DNA of 64,000 bases. It comes from Cenarchaeum sp. (GTDB lineage Archaea; Thermoproteota; Nitrososphaeria; Nitrososphaerales; Nitrosopumilaceae). Below are positions 23,801 through 38,800 of the stretch, in pieces (within the stretch, counting starts at the first letter, position 1; every line of letters begins with the position of its first letter). Both the position numbers and the translations under genes were made by a program. The notes under the pieces are model-generated. The model was not told where the DNA came from. It saw only the letters and a list, made by a program, of their open reading frames with translations, and did not search any database. The stretch is taken from the NCBI GenBank assembly GCA_963693095.2, contig OY843768.1:1248001-1312000 (forward strand), read 5' to 3'.

Positions 23801-26800
23801 GCGTCACCGTGTCGTCCGAGACGTCGACGGTGGAGATCGCAGCAGTCGTGGTACCGTCCACTGCAGACCACTCGGCGTTGACGCCGGCTCCAGTGACTGC
23901 CTCGGAGAGCGTTACCTCCAAGGTCTCTGTCGACGTCGTCGCAGCAGACTCAAGCGTCGGCGCCGTCGTGTCTGACGTCGAGCGCGTCGCAGTCACCGTC
24001 GCGTCGGACACGGCATTGCCATGAAGGTCACTGACTTGCGCATCGGGGGTGACCGTGTACACCCTGTTGAGGGCGGCGTCAGCGACCAGCGTGAGCGTGT
24101 ACTCGTCGGGAGCCGTTTGCGCGACGGATGCCACGTCCACGTTGCCCATAGGCGATGTCACCGTCCACCCGTCGTCCGTCGCGTACAACGAACCGACAGG
24201 AGCCATGGTGAACACGACATCCTCGCTAAACATGACTGTGATCATGCGGGCGCCCTCAAACGCGGCGGACGCGGCTGTCGGGCCCGTGCCGTCATTGACG
24301 GGGGCAACCGCTGAGCCAGTCAACAGCATGTTGGGCGTGTCGCCTGCTGTCACCACGTCGGTGAGGCCGCCGGATGAGGGCCTCGTGTACGTCACGGTCG
24401 GCGTCTCGGCGGGAGTCCAGGTGGGGTCATTGCCCTCCTGATCAATGGCGACTACCAGCAGGCCTGTGAACGGGGGGTCAGACGGTATAGTTGTGCTGCC
24501 ACGGTCAGCGGAGGTATGAGACCGGCCCAACGGAATCACCACGTTCACGGACCCCAGGTTCTGATCCGGCAGGGTGATGCTCCAGTCTGCCGCGGACGCC
24601 ATGCCCTGGATGGGCTCATCAAAGAGCACCACGGTGTGCGAGGCGTTGAACACGCGCGCCGTGAACGTCGGCGCCGTGGTGTCAGTTTGCGTTGATGCCA
24701 TGTACGTCGCCGTCGTCATGGCGCCGTCGTCTATCTCGTTGGCCGCGTCTGAGACGTCGGCTATCGCGTTGGCCGCGTGGATCGTGTGCTCCATGCCGGC
24801 GGCCACGCCGGTGGTGAGCTCCAGCGTGTACGTCGAGTCGGCCGTGCGCATCGCCGAGTCCAGGCCGACGGCGGTGCTGCCGAGCTCCACCGACCAGCCG
24901 GCGTCTCCCGTAATGGTAGTCACGTTGGTCACATCCTCGGTGAACGTGACTGTGATCGTGGTGGCGTCATCGAACATGGCGGTGAACGTCGGGGCGGCCT
25001 TGTCGGTGACTGCCGTCGCCGCAACCTCGCCGCTGACTGCCACGAACGCGTTGCCCGCCGTGTCGGCCAGCGGGTTCGTGCCGCGGGGGGTGTACGTGAC
25101 GCCCGCTGCGGTCAGGCCGCCAAGGTCGGTGCCTGCGCGCGCCGAGTCGAGCGTGATGTAGAGCACGTTGGTGGCCGCGGTGATCTCCAGGTCGCTAGTC
25201 ACGGCCGTCCCGTCCTCTGTTAGCGAGAGCGACTCGGGAGCCGAGTCGGCGACTGCCCACTCGCCAAACGCAGTCGTGCCGAGGACGTTCTCGACAAAGG
25301 TGATCTTTACGGTGCTCGCAGACGTGAGCTCGGCGCTAAAGGTCGGCGCGTCAGAGTCGACTGTCACGTTCGGGGTCACGTCGGCCTGCGTGAACGTTGC
25401 CGTGTTGCCCGCAGTGTCGCGTATAGTCAGGCTGAACGTGAGCGCGCCGCTGGCGTCCGAGGCGGCTATTGTGCGCACGTACGAGTACATGTTGTTGCCC
25501 GCGGCCGTGTCCACTGAGTCGGCGGGAGTCGACTCCCCAAAGAGCGCAATGTCACTGACTGCCGTGGTGAGCGCCTCGCCGGCATCCACGTTGACGCGGA
25601 CTTCATCGTCGATTCCGGCCAGCCTGACAGTGGTCGAGTCTGCCGTCGCGTCCTCGAGCCTCACAGTCGCAGTCACCGTCGCCGTCGGCGCGACGCCGTC
25701 AGCAGCCGTCACCGGCCCTGCGCCCAGCGCGTTGCGGGCCGAGTCGGCCAGGGTCGTGCCCGAGTACGTGACTATCGGCGCGAATGACGTGTCCACGATA
25801 TCCGTGTACGTGAGCGTGATCGTCGTCGTGCTGCCCGTGAAGGGGCTAACTGCGACGTTGGTGGCGCCGGCGACGGCCCAGTCGCCGTTGGGCGACGTTC
25901 CCGTGACGGCCTCGGAGAGCGTGACCTCCAGTGCCCCAGTCGACGTCGTCTCGGCGGACTCAAGCGTCGGCGCCGTGGCGTCGACTGTGACGCGCGCCGC
26001 CACCGTGGAGTGCGTCTCTGACACGGTCGCCTCGTTGCCTGCCCTGTCGCGCAACGTGATGCTGAACGCGAGCGCGCCATCGGCGTCACCCACCACTATC
26101 GTGCGCACGTACGCGTACGCGTTGGTGCCGGCGTCCTCGACAGAGTTGGCGTTCACCACGTTCTCGCCGGTCCGGCCAAAGAGCTCAATGTCCTCTTTGG
26201 CGGTGACGAGCTCCTCGCTGGCCGTGAGCGTCACACGCACGTCGTCGCCGATGCCGGCCACGGTGTCCACCGACGCGTCGGCGCCGTCGCCTGGGAGCCT
26301 CACGACCGTGGTGACCGACGAGGCCGTCGGCAGCGTGACGTCTATGGCCGGCCGGTGCACAGTCAGCGTGCCCGAGTGGCCGCTCGTCGGTGTTATCGTG
26401 CCCTCAGTCGTCCCGTCAGTCACCGTTATCGTAAAGTCCAGCTCGGCCGTCTCTGTCGTCGAGTCGCTCACGCCAAGGTCATAGTGCCACGTCATCTCGT
26501 TGCTGCCGCCGGTGTTCATCATGGACACAGAGTCGAGTCCGTTAATGACGATTGTCGGCGCCTCGGATGCGTCCTTGTTGAGTTCGATCGCGACGCGGAT
26601 CGTGTCGTCAATGCCGGCAAAGTCTGCAGCGGCGCCCATCTTTGCCGCAACCGTGTCCGGATCGCCGTCGTGAACGGTGACTGTTATCGCAGTCGCCATC
26701 GGCGCGGCGGCAGGCGCGTACGACACTGTCCTATCCACGGCCACAAGCGCGTTGCCGGCGAGGTCGAGGACCGTGGCAGGTATGCTTACGGCATAGTCCC

Positions 26801-29800
26801 CGTCCGTGTCGGCGTTAACGTCTACGCTGATATTCATGCCGCTCGCCGTCGCACCGTACGGCGTCAGGCTGCCGGACGGGGGCGTGACTGATATGTCGCC
26901 GGTGACCGTGACGGTCTCGCTGAACGTGAGGACGATGTCATTGCCCACAAACGCCGAGCTCACGAGCGTCGGCACCGTCACGTCTATGGCCGGCCGGCTG
27001 ACTGTCAGCGTGCCCGAGTGTCCGGCCGTCGCAGTTATCTCTCCCTCGTTCACGCCGTCAGTCGCAGTTATCGTAAAGTCCAGCGCGGCCGTCTCGGGCG
27101 TCGTGGCCGTCACCACAAGGTCATGGCGCCAGCTCGCCGCGCCAGCGGCGCCCGTGTTGATCATCGTGTGCGTCGCGCCGGCTACTGCTATCGTCGGCGC
27201 GCCGCCGGCCGGCTCGTTGAGCGTCAGGACTATGCGGACAGTGTCGCCGATGCCGGCAAAGTCTGCAGCGGCGCCTGTCTTTGCCGGAACCGTGGCGGCG
27301 CCGTCGTGGACGGTGACGGCTATGGCAGTCGCCAGAGGTGCGGACGTGTCGTCCCGCAGGACCGTGATGTCGTTGCTGTCAATCGTAGTGACTGGGGTGC
27401 TCACGGTGGAGTACGCGTTGCCGTCCGTGTCCGCGACGGAGCGCGTGAGGACGACCTTGTATGCGCTGCTCGAGTCAGTCGACACTAGCCTGAGCGAGAC
27501 TGTCGAGTCAGCCGAGTCCGCCGCGCCGGCCGTGTAGAGCACGCCGGCCGTGCCGTGCGAGGCGTCAAGCGGTAGTGCCGAGGTGCGGCCCACCGGCGGC
27601 GTGAACCCGTGAACCGCGATGTTGGCCGCCGTGGCCGTGTCGGGATCCAGGCCCTCGCCGAACGTGAGCGTTATCGTGTTAGTCGAGGCGTCAAGCACCG
27701 CGCCCTCCACGAGCGGCGCAATGCCGTCCTCCGCCGTGGCATCCAGCGGCGTGCCGACGGTGCCCATGGTGTTGGTCGCGCGGTCGGCCAGCGTTCCGGC
27801 CGAGCCAGACGGCCTGGTGTACGAGACTATCGGCTCGGCGCCAGTAGAGGCGAGGTCGGCGTGGACTAGGTACATATCCGACTCGCCGGTGCGCTCGAGT
27901 GTGGCCGTGCCTGCGCCGCCACGGGTGGCAGAAACGCCGGTAGCCTGCGAGCCGGAGACTGACCAGTCCGCCGCGCGCGCCATGCCCGTGACGGCCTCGC
28001 TGAACACGACCTCTGTGCGCGTCAGCTCGAGCGTCCTGGCCGTGAACGTCGGCGCCGTAAAGTCGCCCACCGGCGTCGAGGCCCCATCGGCCAGCGCGTT
28101 GTCGCTCTCGTCGACGATCGAGCCGACCCTGTCGTCGATCTGCGTCTCAAAGGTGATCATGACCGTGGCGGGGTCGATTTGGCTGAACGTGGGAGCGTCA
28201 TTAATGCGCTGGTCCCTTCTTGACGGCTCCTTCGGGACCAGCGTCACCCTGTCGCCTGCCCCCAGGTCTATGGCATAGCCGAGGGCCGACTCGACGGTGT
28301 ATGATCCCGACGAGGCCTCAAACGTTGCCAGGTTGCCTCCCGAGATGGTTCTGCCAGAGAACTCCCAGTCCCCGGCCATAGGCAGCTCCTTGCCAAACGC
28401 CAGCATGACCGGCTCGGAGAAGGTCACGATGTGGGTCTTGTCGTCGCGATCCTGCGTCGGCCTCTCGGCGATGAGCGTCGGCGCGACGCCGTCAGCCGCG
28501 TCTGCGCCGCCGTCGGCGACGTCGGCGCTCCCCTCGTCGAGGTCGCCGCCGGCATAGTCGACGCGCGGCGTGGCCGCCGTCGAGGAGAGCGGATCGTGCG
28601 TGATGAGGAGCTGCTCGGCGTTGGCGCCCGGCAGTATCTCCTGGGTGACCGGCGCGACGGTCGGGCCCGTGGTCGCAGGCGTCGCCGTGACTGACGTCTG
28701 GCCGTCGGCGACGACCGTGGATATGCTAGATATCACGAGCTCCGCGTCCGCGTCCGCGCCTCCCGTGTCGTCGTCAGTCACGGTCCAGTCGGCCACGTCG
28801 AGCGTGCCGGCGAGCGCGCCACCGTCAAAGGTGACGAGCGTCGTAGTCAGGCTCCTCGTGGTGGCCTCGAAGGGGGCAGGCGGCGTGTACGTCGCCCTCG
28901 CAGTGCTCGAGGCAAACGCGTTGCCGGCCCTGTCGGCCAGCGCGGTCGGCAGCGTGACTGCGTGCTCGGCGGCGGCGGCGTCGGCGGCCAGCGTGAGGGT
29001 GATCGTGCGGGCAGTCGCGTCATAGACGATGGGCCTCACCTGCGGGTTGGCTGCCAGGTCCTCTGTGGCCAGCGAGACGGTGTTGCCGCCGGCGCTCACG
29101 GTGAACGTATAGCCCTCCACCTGCGTAGGCGTGTTGAGGAGCGCCTCGTCTACCGTGATGACGAGCGTCCTGGCCGCCGTGAACGCCGCATTCGCCGTTG
29201 GCGCCGTGGTGTCTATGGTCGGCACGCTGACGGTGACTCCCGTGTCCAGGCCGGAGGCCTGCGTGATGCTCGCCGCGTTGGTCGCCGCGTCAGTGGCCGT
29301 GATCATGAACGTGAACGCCAAGTCGTCCGTCTCGGCCGTCGTGGACATTATGGTCATGTCGTGCTGCCACGTAAGGACGTCGTTGTCCCCGCCGTCGTTC
29401 ATGGCCTCGGCCGTGTCCGTCCTGTCCGTGCCGGGCACCCTTATCTGCGGCGCGGCGGCGACGGCCTCGTGGAGCGTGAGCACGAGGCGGACAGTCTCAT
29501 CGGCCATCGCGTGCAGCGCATAGTCGCCGGCCTTTAGCGTGGACAGGTCCAGCGTGTCGTCCGTGCCGGCGCCGTCCGTGTCAGTGTCGTCGTACACCTC
29601 GAATGCTATCGCAGTCGCCTTTGGCGGCTGGCCATAGTCGGCGAACCCAGGCACCCTCACGTTGCCGCTCACAGAGTTGCCGGCCGCGTCGTGTATATTG
29701 TCCACGTTCAGGATGTACTCTCCCGAAGTCACTGACGCGTCCAGCGTGAAGCGCAGGCCGCTGCCCGGCCCGTACTCGTCGCCGGCCGGATCGAACGGGT

Positions 29801-32800
29801 TGGGGGCCTGCGCCGTGTGGGCCGTTGGCTCGCCCGTGGTGACGGCGAGTGTGCCCCTGGTGGTGACCACCAGGCGATCGCCGCTCGGCAGCACGACTGC
29901 CCCGTCAAAGAGGATCTCGACGGTGTTGGGCGCCGTAAAGCTCGCCAGCTGCGGCCGCGGCGGCGCGCCGTCGGTGGCCGTGACGGGGCTTCCGGCCGTG
30001 GAAGCCACGAGGTTGCCGGCCCTGTCGGCCAGGAGCGCCTGCCCCTCGTCCAGATCGTCCACGGCCGGCCGCACGTACGAGACGTCCGGCGTCGAGTCCG
30101 TCGATGGGAGATTAGCGTGTAGGATCACCGTTTTCGTCCCGAGCGGCCCGATCGTGACTGCGTCCGATGGCGCCCCTGGGGGCACGCTCACGCCCGTGAC
30201 GTCGGGCGCGGCGCCCCCGTCCGAGATTGACCAGTCGTCCGCGCGCACCGTGCCCGTGAGAGGCTCCTCAAAGGCGAGCGCCGTGCGCCCCTGAGCCTGC
30301 GTCCTGGCCGTAAACACCGGCGGCGTGGTGTCCTCCACGGCAGACGAGGTCTCGTCGGCCAGCGCGTTGCCGGCCCTGTCGACTATCGAGCCGACCCTGT
30401 CGTCGGCCTGCGCGTCAAGGGTGAGCACTATCGTGTCAAGGGCAAGCGAGCCATAGCCGCCAAACCTCGGAGTGGTTGGCGTGACCGTGGCGGTGCGCGC
30501 CTGCAGGTCATAGGCGACAGAGGCGGTGGTGGCCTGAGTGTCCGCGCCGGCGCCGGGCGCCCTCCCGCTGAACGTCCAGTCGTCCTCTGTCGGCAGGGTC
30601 TTGTTTTCTGCCATCAAGACGGGCTCGGAGAAGGTCACGGTGTGGACAGGGCTAGCGACGCCGCTCAGCGGCCTCTCTACCGTGAACGTCGGCGGCGCGC
30701 CGTCAGTGGCCGCAGTGTCGCGCGTGGCCACCTCGGATGTACCCTCGGCGAGGAACCCGTCGGCCGGCCTGTCGTCAGGCTTTGTGTACGCGACTTGCGG
30801 CGTGGCCGCCGTCGAGGAGAGCGCATTGTGCGTGATGAGGAGCTGCGTGATGTCAGTGCTCGACAGGAGCGTCTGCGTGACTCCGTCATTGGCTCCCGTC
30901 ATAGTCTCGGGCGTCGTCGTGACCGACGTCTGCCCCGCCTCGACCACAGTCGCCACGCTCAATGTCGTCAGCGCCACGTTGTCCGCCGAGACGGCCGCGT
31001 CGTTCTCGGTGACCGTCCAGTCGTCCACGTCGAGCGTGCCGACGAGCGCAGCGCCGTTGAACGTGACGAGCGTCGTAGTCAGGCTAGCAGTGGCGGCCGT
31101 GAATGGAACCACTGCAACGGTCGCCGTGTACGTCGCGCCCGTTGATGCGCCGACGTCGATCCTGTTGGTCGAGTCGGCCACGTCTGTGATCGTGTCAGCG
31201 GCGTGGATCGTGTATGCCGTGGCCTCAGTTGCCTCGGTGCCGAGCTCTAGCGTGTACGTCGAGTCTGCCGTGCGCGAGGCCGACGTCACCGAGAGGACGC
31301 CTCCGTCATGGGTCACGCGCCAGCCATCATTAGTGTTGACCGTGCCCACGTCACTCACGTCCTCGCTGAACGTGACGCTGACCGTGTCAGCGTCGGTGAA
31401 CCGCGCGGACTCGATGGACGGCGCAACCATGTCAGCGGCCGTGATTCCATCACCGCTAGTCGATGCGAGCTTTTCTCCGGACCCGCTGACTAGCACGACA
31501 GTGGAGGGGATCCCGTCTGGGCGCCCGGGGTTTATGCCAAAGTTGGGCGGCTGCGTGTATGTCACCAGGGGCGTCGCGTCAGTCGCCTGGGCGACAGGCA
31601 GGACGAACGTGATGGACATGACGGGCAGCTGGAACGTGCCGGCAGTGATGTCGCCGGGTATGACCGGCGCCGTGCCGGCGACGGTCCAGTGGCTTGCAGC
31701 CGTTGAGCCGGTGACCGGCTCGGAGAATCTCACCGTGAGCGACGTCGGCGTGTCAAGCGTCGCCGTTATCGTCAGCGGCACGCCAAAGGGCATCGGCGTC
31801 CTCTCGGAGGCCGCGTGGGCCACAGGCGACGGGGCAATGTCAGTGAGGGCAGAGCCGACTGCAAGGTGGTATGTGCTGCCCGATGAGACAGGCGTGTCAA
31901 TGTCCACCGTGATGAAAGAGTTGAGGATGTGCGCGGCGTTTGAGGTGCGTGTAGGCGTGGAGCGCACTGGCGTGCCCGTGCCGGCTGCCACCTGCGTCCC
32001 GCCGGTCGCAGAGTCATGCAGCGTAAAGGCCGAGGCCGGAGGCGTGTTGACCGGCTCGCTAAAGGCGACTATGAGCGTGTCGGCATCAACAAAGCGCGCG
32101 TGCAGGATTTCCGGACCGAGGCCGTCGGCGGCGACATCAGTCCAGTCTGCAGCCTCGCCTGCGTACACTATGCGCGGCGTCGCATCAGTCGCCAGTGGCG
32201 CATCAATGTGCGCGCGGACCGTCTGCGCGCCTGATATATCGACGCTCGAGGAGGGCAGCGCGCCGCCAATGGAGACGCCAGAGGCCACGACACCGTCGAC
32301 GCGTATGTCTGATGCTGCCACGGTCGCTGTCCCCGTGAACGTGAACGCCATGTCCACTGCAGTAGTGCTCGCCGTCGTGGCCTCAAAGAGCGGCGTATAG
32401 GTGGCGCTCAGCGCAGGGCCAGAGTACGGCACAAACGCGGCGTTGGAGACGCTCGGGACGATGGTGTATGACCATCCGGCCACGGCGTCACCGGCGAGGG
32501 TGAGCGTGACGGCGCTCGTGTCGGCATTGTACGAGACGCCGGCCAGCTCCACGCCAGACGTGATCACGCCATCTGTGACACTGACTGCAAAGTTGTCCGG
32601 CCCGAGCGAGGCGCCGCCGGCCAGCGCGTCATCAAAGTCCACCAGTATCGCCCTTGTGCCCACAAATATCGTGGACTCGGCGACAGGTGCTGACGCGTCG
32701 CGCGTGATTGCGATCCTGACATCGCCGTACGCCACTGGCACAGACGCCTGGTCCGTGAGCGCACTAGTGGCCGCCAGGTGGTACACGCCCTCTGCGCTCA

Positions 32801-35800
32801 CCTGCGCGTTGAGATCAAGCGTGATGACTGACTCGGCTATGCCGCCGGCCGGAGACGAGCGCTCAGGCGTGCCCGTGGCCGCGGCGAGCTGCATCCCGCC
32901 CGTGGCCGCATCATGCAGCGCAAAGGCCGAGGCCGGAGGCGTGACTACTGCCTCGCTAAATGCGAGCTCTATCGTGTCATCATCAACAAAGCGCGCCGAG
33001 AGTACAGTCGGCGGCGCGCCGTCAGTCGCCGTGGCCGCGCTCGTCAGTACCGCCGCACCGGCAGTCAGGCCCGTGCCGTCATAGGTGACGCGCGGCGTCG
33101 CAGCAGTCGTGGGGAGCTCCCCGTGCGTGATGACTAGCTGCGTGGCCGCCGGACTCGACGGTATGGCCGGCGTGGCCGCATCACCGGCGCCCGTGGCAGT
33201 CTCTGGCGTCGCAGTCACAGAGCCGGCTGTTGCCACCGTGGAGACTGACGCCGTGCGCACAACGTCATCGCCGTCGGCCACGGTCCAGGCACCGGCATCA
33301 AGCGTGCCGCCAAGGGACTGCGTGAACGTGACGCGCGTCTGCGTCGCGCCTATCGTCTCGGCCGTAAACGCGGGGTCGCTGTACGTGACTGTGAGCCTCG
33401 ATGCGTCAAAGGCGTTTGGCGGGACTGCCAGGTCAGCCAGCGTGGATGGCACAAAGACTGTGTACGGGACCCCGGAGATCGTGTTGGCGATGCCTAGGCG
33501 AACCACCGAGGCCGACGCGCCGGCTGCCACCGAGGTGATCTCGAGCTCGTGGCCGGTGAACGGATCGGGCCTGACCTCCCAGCCAGTCGCCGGCCTCGTG
33601 ACTGGCTCGCTGAACGCAATGTCAATGTGCGTCGAGCCGACAAAGGCCGCCGAGACCAGGCTCGGGGGAGTGGTGTCATAGGCAACTCCCGTCGTGAGCG
33701 GAATCACGGCCCGTCCGGTGCTATCGACGTACAGCCTGTACTCGTCAGAGGCCCTGCTCACCGAGGTCTCTGGCGAGTAGCGGATCACGTGCGCCGTGTC
33801 TGAGCCGAGCGCATCAGAGTCCCGCAGGGTCAGCCGCATGGTCGTGGCGCCTTCGTCGGCACGCTCGCCGAACACGAGATCGGCGCCCTCAAAGCGCACC
33901 GTGCCCAAGGTGCCCGAAGAGCCCACCCTGGGCAGGTCGTCTGGCGTGTTGTCAACGATCCAGTGCTTGCCCGTGGCCACAAACGGCACAAACACGTTCG
34001 TGCTGTCGACAAGACTGCTCACGCCGTGATACTCCCCGTCGCCCGAGACGACAGCCTCGGTGAACGTGAGCTCGACTTGCGTGGGTGAGACGATGCGTGC
34101 CGTAAAGACCGGCTGCTCGTCAGTCGTGAACGTAAAGGGTATTGTCACGAGCGGATTGTTGTCGTCTAGTGACGCGTCGCCAACCGAAAAGAACTTTTTG
34201 AGTGATGTGGGAATCTCGACTGCATACGACGGCGGTGTCGCAAGGGCAGAGTGCGAGCCATCGACGTGTAGCGTTATCGTCGAGCCATCAGGCGTGCCGA
34301 CGTATGTCGTGACCCTTGCGTCAAAGGCCTCGCCGAGTGCCACGCCGCCGGGCAGGCCAGCGCGCACGGGCGCGACGCGCAGCGTGCCCCACCCGTCAAG
34401 CTGGCTCATGCTCGCCATGCCGGCAAGCGTTCGCATGTCCGGCACGTTGTTCCCGCCAAAGTGCAGGATTATCTGCGATGCCTCGCCGGTGCCGTCACGG
34501 CGCACAATGTCCACCGGCGGGCGAACGCTCTCAGTCGAGCCGGCAAACAGTCCGCCGTTGACGTTTGCTATCGTGGCGGGCAGCACGACAGAGTACCTGC
34601 GCACGTCTGCCCTGTCGGCAAGGTCCACTATGATCGTCATTGCGTCAGCGGGGTCGATGCGTGCTGCGTGTGCCGTCGTACCGCCTATGGCCGGCGTTAT
34701 CTCGAGTGTGGACGGGACTGAGGAGGCGAGAAGGTCGTCATCAAATGTCACGCGGAGCTCCTCGTACGCCGAAAAGTCCACGCCAGAGAGCCCGATGATG
34801 CCGTCAGTTGCTACCACCGAGGCCGCCGCCACGGGGTTGTTCGTGGGCACGTCGCCTGTGCCGGCAGTCAGCGCGTCGGCGAGATAGTTGGAGCTCGGCC
34901 GCACATAGCTGACCGTCGGCGTGGCATCCTCGCCAAATGGAGTGTCGACTGTGAGCGTATAGACCGTGCGCACAAGCTCGCCTGCCGGCGTCGTCGCGCC
35001 AGTGAGCGTCCTGTCAGTCGCGCTCACGGCGCCCGGCTTTGTGCCGTCGACTGTCCAGTGATCCACGTTCTGGTACGCGGCCTGGCCCGAGTTGTGGATG
35101 AGCTCGCTGAACGTGACGTCGATGCTAGTCGTGCTCATCGTGCGGGCCGTGAACGTCGGAGGCGCCTTGTCCTCGAGTGACACGGGCGTGGAGGTGCCGC
35201 CGAGCTGCGCCAGCGGGTTGCCATCACGATCAGTAAGAACGCGGTAATCGGCCAACGGCATGTGCACAACGCTTGACGCCGTGAGTCCCATGAGCGGGCC
35301 GCTGCCGTCAGGGTCGTCCAGGCTAGTCAGCGTGCGCGTCGCGCCAAGGCCAATGTTCGCCACTTGAGCAAAGTTGGTAAAGACATAGTCTCTATAGACA
35401 GGGTCGTCACGGATCCACCCGAAAGCAATCGAGGTCGAAGAGACGCCGTCGACCGACCAGTCGGGTGCAAGTGTGACATCACCCACTCTCTCGCTAAAGA
35501 TGACACGCACCGTGTCCGCAGACGTGAGCTGGGCACGGAACTCGGGCGGAGTCAAGCCCTCCACTGGAATCTGGACCCTCGAGCCGGCCGGATAGCTGTT
35601 GTTGCCGTCTGTGTCAGTCACGAGCGGCAAGATGACTTCATAGTCCACCCCCACTGCTGCCAGGATTTGCGTCTTTAGCGTGACTGTTGCGGTGTTTGCC
35701 GTCATGTCATTGATCCGCGAGGGTGTGACTGTGCCGAGGGCCTGGGCGTTCTGGCCCAGGAGCGTCACGGTAAAGTCGAGGCCCACGACGTCGTTGATCT

Positions 35801-38800
35801 GGTCGTCGTACACGATGGATATGCTGCGGGACGGGCCAAACCCTATGTACGTGATGATCGGTGCGGTCGTGTCAGCCGGTCCGACTCCGATCGCCGTGGT
35901 ACTGCTGGTGCCCCGCCCGGGGCCGCCGCCGGCAGCATCCAGTTGCGGGGACCTGATGGTGTATGTGGTGCCCTCTGTGGCATCATTCTCGGTAACTAGC
36001 GTGATCGTGAACGTGGACGTGTCGGCGTCCGCCGAGTATGTCGCAGTGACCGTGCCGAGGGAGGGGCTGACGGAGAACCCTGTGGAGCCGGGATCCTCCA
36101 CATCTATGTTGAGGGTGAGCACAATGCGCTTGGACGTCACAAAGTGCGCCCCGAGGATCTCTGGGAACACAATGACTGTCGAAACCGGAGAGATCGTGCC
36201 GGCAGCAGAGGAGACGCCGGCAAGGTTGGTTATTGGCGGGTATGACACCTCGTATGCGTCCCCTGTCCCGGCATTCTCCGTGGTGAGCAGGATAGTCGCG
36301 GCGTCTGTCATCTCGTCGTTGACTCTGATCGCCGAGACTGCGCCAAAGGCCTGCGCAGTGCCGCCCGGCAGCGACACGGTAAAGGCGAGTGTGGAGACGT
36401 CTGTGATGCGGTCGTCCACGTCGATCGTTATCGTGTATGGCGTGGTGCGCTCCACGTCAGAGAGAACCGGCGCCGTCGTGTCCATATATGTCGCCGAGAG
36501 CGTCACGGGGCTTTCGCTTCGCTCTTGGAGATCCCTTACGACAGGGTATCGGATCGTATAGGTCTGGCCAGCCGTCGCCGACGTGACCGTGGTGATGGTG
36601 AACGTGTCAGCCGCAGCCGAGTACGCCGCCGTGAGGCCGCCTAGGGCAGGCGTGACTATAAACGCCTGGATACTTGTGGGATCCCCGGCGACCGTTGCCG
36701 TTCTGACAAATCCGACGTCTCGTTCGATGAGATCCTCATTCACGTCGATCACTATCGTGTTGGCGTCAGTAAAGCGCGCGTTGGACGCACGCGCCGGCGT
36801 CGTGTCAGAGGCCAATGCGTCAGTGCGGCCAGCTGTCGCCGCATTGCCGTCCGTGTCAGTTATTGCCGGATATGACACATAGTACATGGGCGGGTCATCA
36901 AAGGAGACGGCGCTGGCGAGCTTGAGGGTGATCGTCGCCGTGTCTGTAGCGATGTCGTTCACGCGCGAGGCCGTGATCGTGTTGACTTGCACTAGCGGCA
37001 TGGCCGGTGAGCCCGGCGTGTTGTGCTCTAGCTGGAACGTTAGGCTCGCGACGTCCTCGATCCGGTCATCGACGTCTATCTCTATGAGATCCTGCGAGAT
37101 GAACCTCGCGTTTGATAGGACAGGCGGCACGGTGTCTGCCCTCGTGACCCCGAGATTGACGCCGCCGCGGTCGTGCGTGTTGCCGAGGAGGTCAGGCACT
37201 CGGGGGAAGAGAATCCGGTAGGGCGTGCCCTCGGCGGCTGCGATCGCAGTCACCAGCGTGATCGTCGCCGTGTCCGCGTCGCTGTCGTTCACGCGCGAGG
37301 CCGTGACTGTGCCAAGAGTGGTCGAGCCCGAGCGCACCCTGAACTCACTGCCCTCGACGGGGCCGATCTGCTCGTTGACGTCGATGACTATCGTGTTGGC
37401 GTCAGTAAAGCGCGCATTGTGGAATATCGGCGGTGACGTGTCACGCGAGGTCGCGGTGAGCTCGCCGGCGGCAAGCGTGTTGCCCACAACGTCAGAGATC
37501 GACGGGTACTCTATGACATAGGCAGTCTCACTAGTCGCAGCATCAGTCGTCCTCAGTATGATCTTGTCCCTGGCCGGATAATAGACGTATGACACGTCGC
37601 CGAGGCTGGTTGCGCGATCCGAGGCGAGCTCGACGGCAAAGACGAGCGCTCCCGTGTCGGCAATCTCCTCGCTCACGTCGATCTCGATCGTGCGCGAGTT
37701 GACAAATGTCGCGCCTGAGAGCGCAGGCAGCGTCGTGTCATACCTTGCGTCGATGCTAGCCGAATGGTCGTCGTCCTCTCCGTCCTCGGTGATGTCAGCA
37801 GACGCTATCCGATACGTCGTGCTCTCTGTCGCCGCAGCCACCGTGAGCGTTATCGTGTTGGTCGTGGCGTCAAATGACGGCAGCGTGCCAGTGCTCACGG
37901 TGAGCGTGTCTGTGAGGTCAGGCAGCGCGCTGACTGTGAACGTGCCTACCGGCGAGGCCGAGATCGCCTCGCTCGTCGTGATCTCTATGATCGTTGGGGA
38001 CGTGAATTGTGCCCCTGTGAACGTCGGCGGCGCCTCGTCAGTCAGCGTGGACGGCGAGGTCGGAATCGTGTTACCTGCCTCGTCCCTAAACGGTGAGCTC
38101 GCCGGCGGCGTGTAGACGATCGAGGCCGGCGTGAGCGCCGGTGATGACGTGAGGTCAGTGGCGCGCGAGGCACCAAGTGTGAGCACAATGCCGGAGGTAG
38201 ACGACACCGAGCCTATTGCCTGGCCTCCCACCGTCCAGTTCGCACTAGAGATCGAGCCGGTCACGGTTTCGCTAAAGTCCAGCGCTATGGTCGACGAGCT
38301 TGTGAGGCGCGCGCCAAAGATAAGCGGCGCGCCGTCAGTGGCCGCAGTGTCGCGCGTGGCGACATCCGAGGTGCCCTCGGCGAGGAACCCGCCGGCCGGC
38401 CTGTCGGCAGGCTTTGCGTACGCGACTTGCGGCGTGGCCGCCGTCGAGGAGAGCGCAGGGTGCGTGATGAGCAGGTGCTTGGCAGTCGAGGCGTCCGGTA
38501 TGGCAATCGGGGTGTCTGCCGTGGCCGCAGTCGTCGTCGCGGTGCCGTCGGCCTCAGCAGTCGCCACGCTCGACGGCGTGTGCTCCACGTTCATCGAGTC
38601 GGCCGTGTCGTTGTCCGTGACCGTCCAGTCGTCCACGTCGAGCGTGCCCTCGAGCGCGGCGCCGGTAAACGTGACGAGCGTAGTCGTGAGGCTCCTCGTG
38701 GCTGCCGTGAAGGGGCTCACCACGACGGGCGCCGTGTACGCCACCGTCTCGGCCACGGCCACAAGCGCGTTGCCGGCTAGGTCGAGGACCGTGGCAGGTA

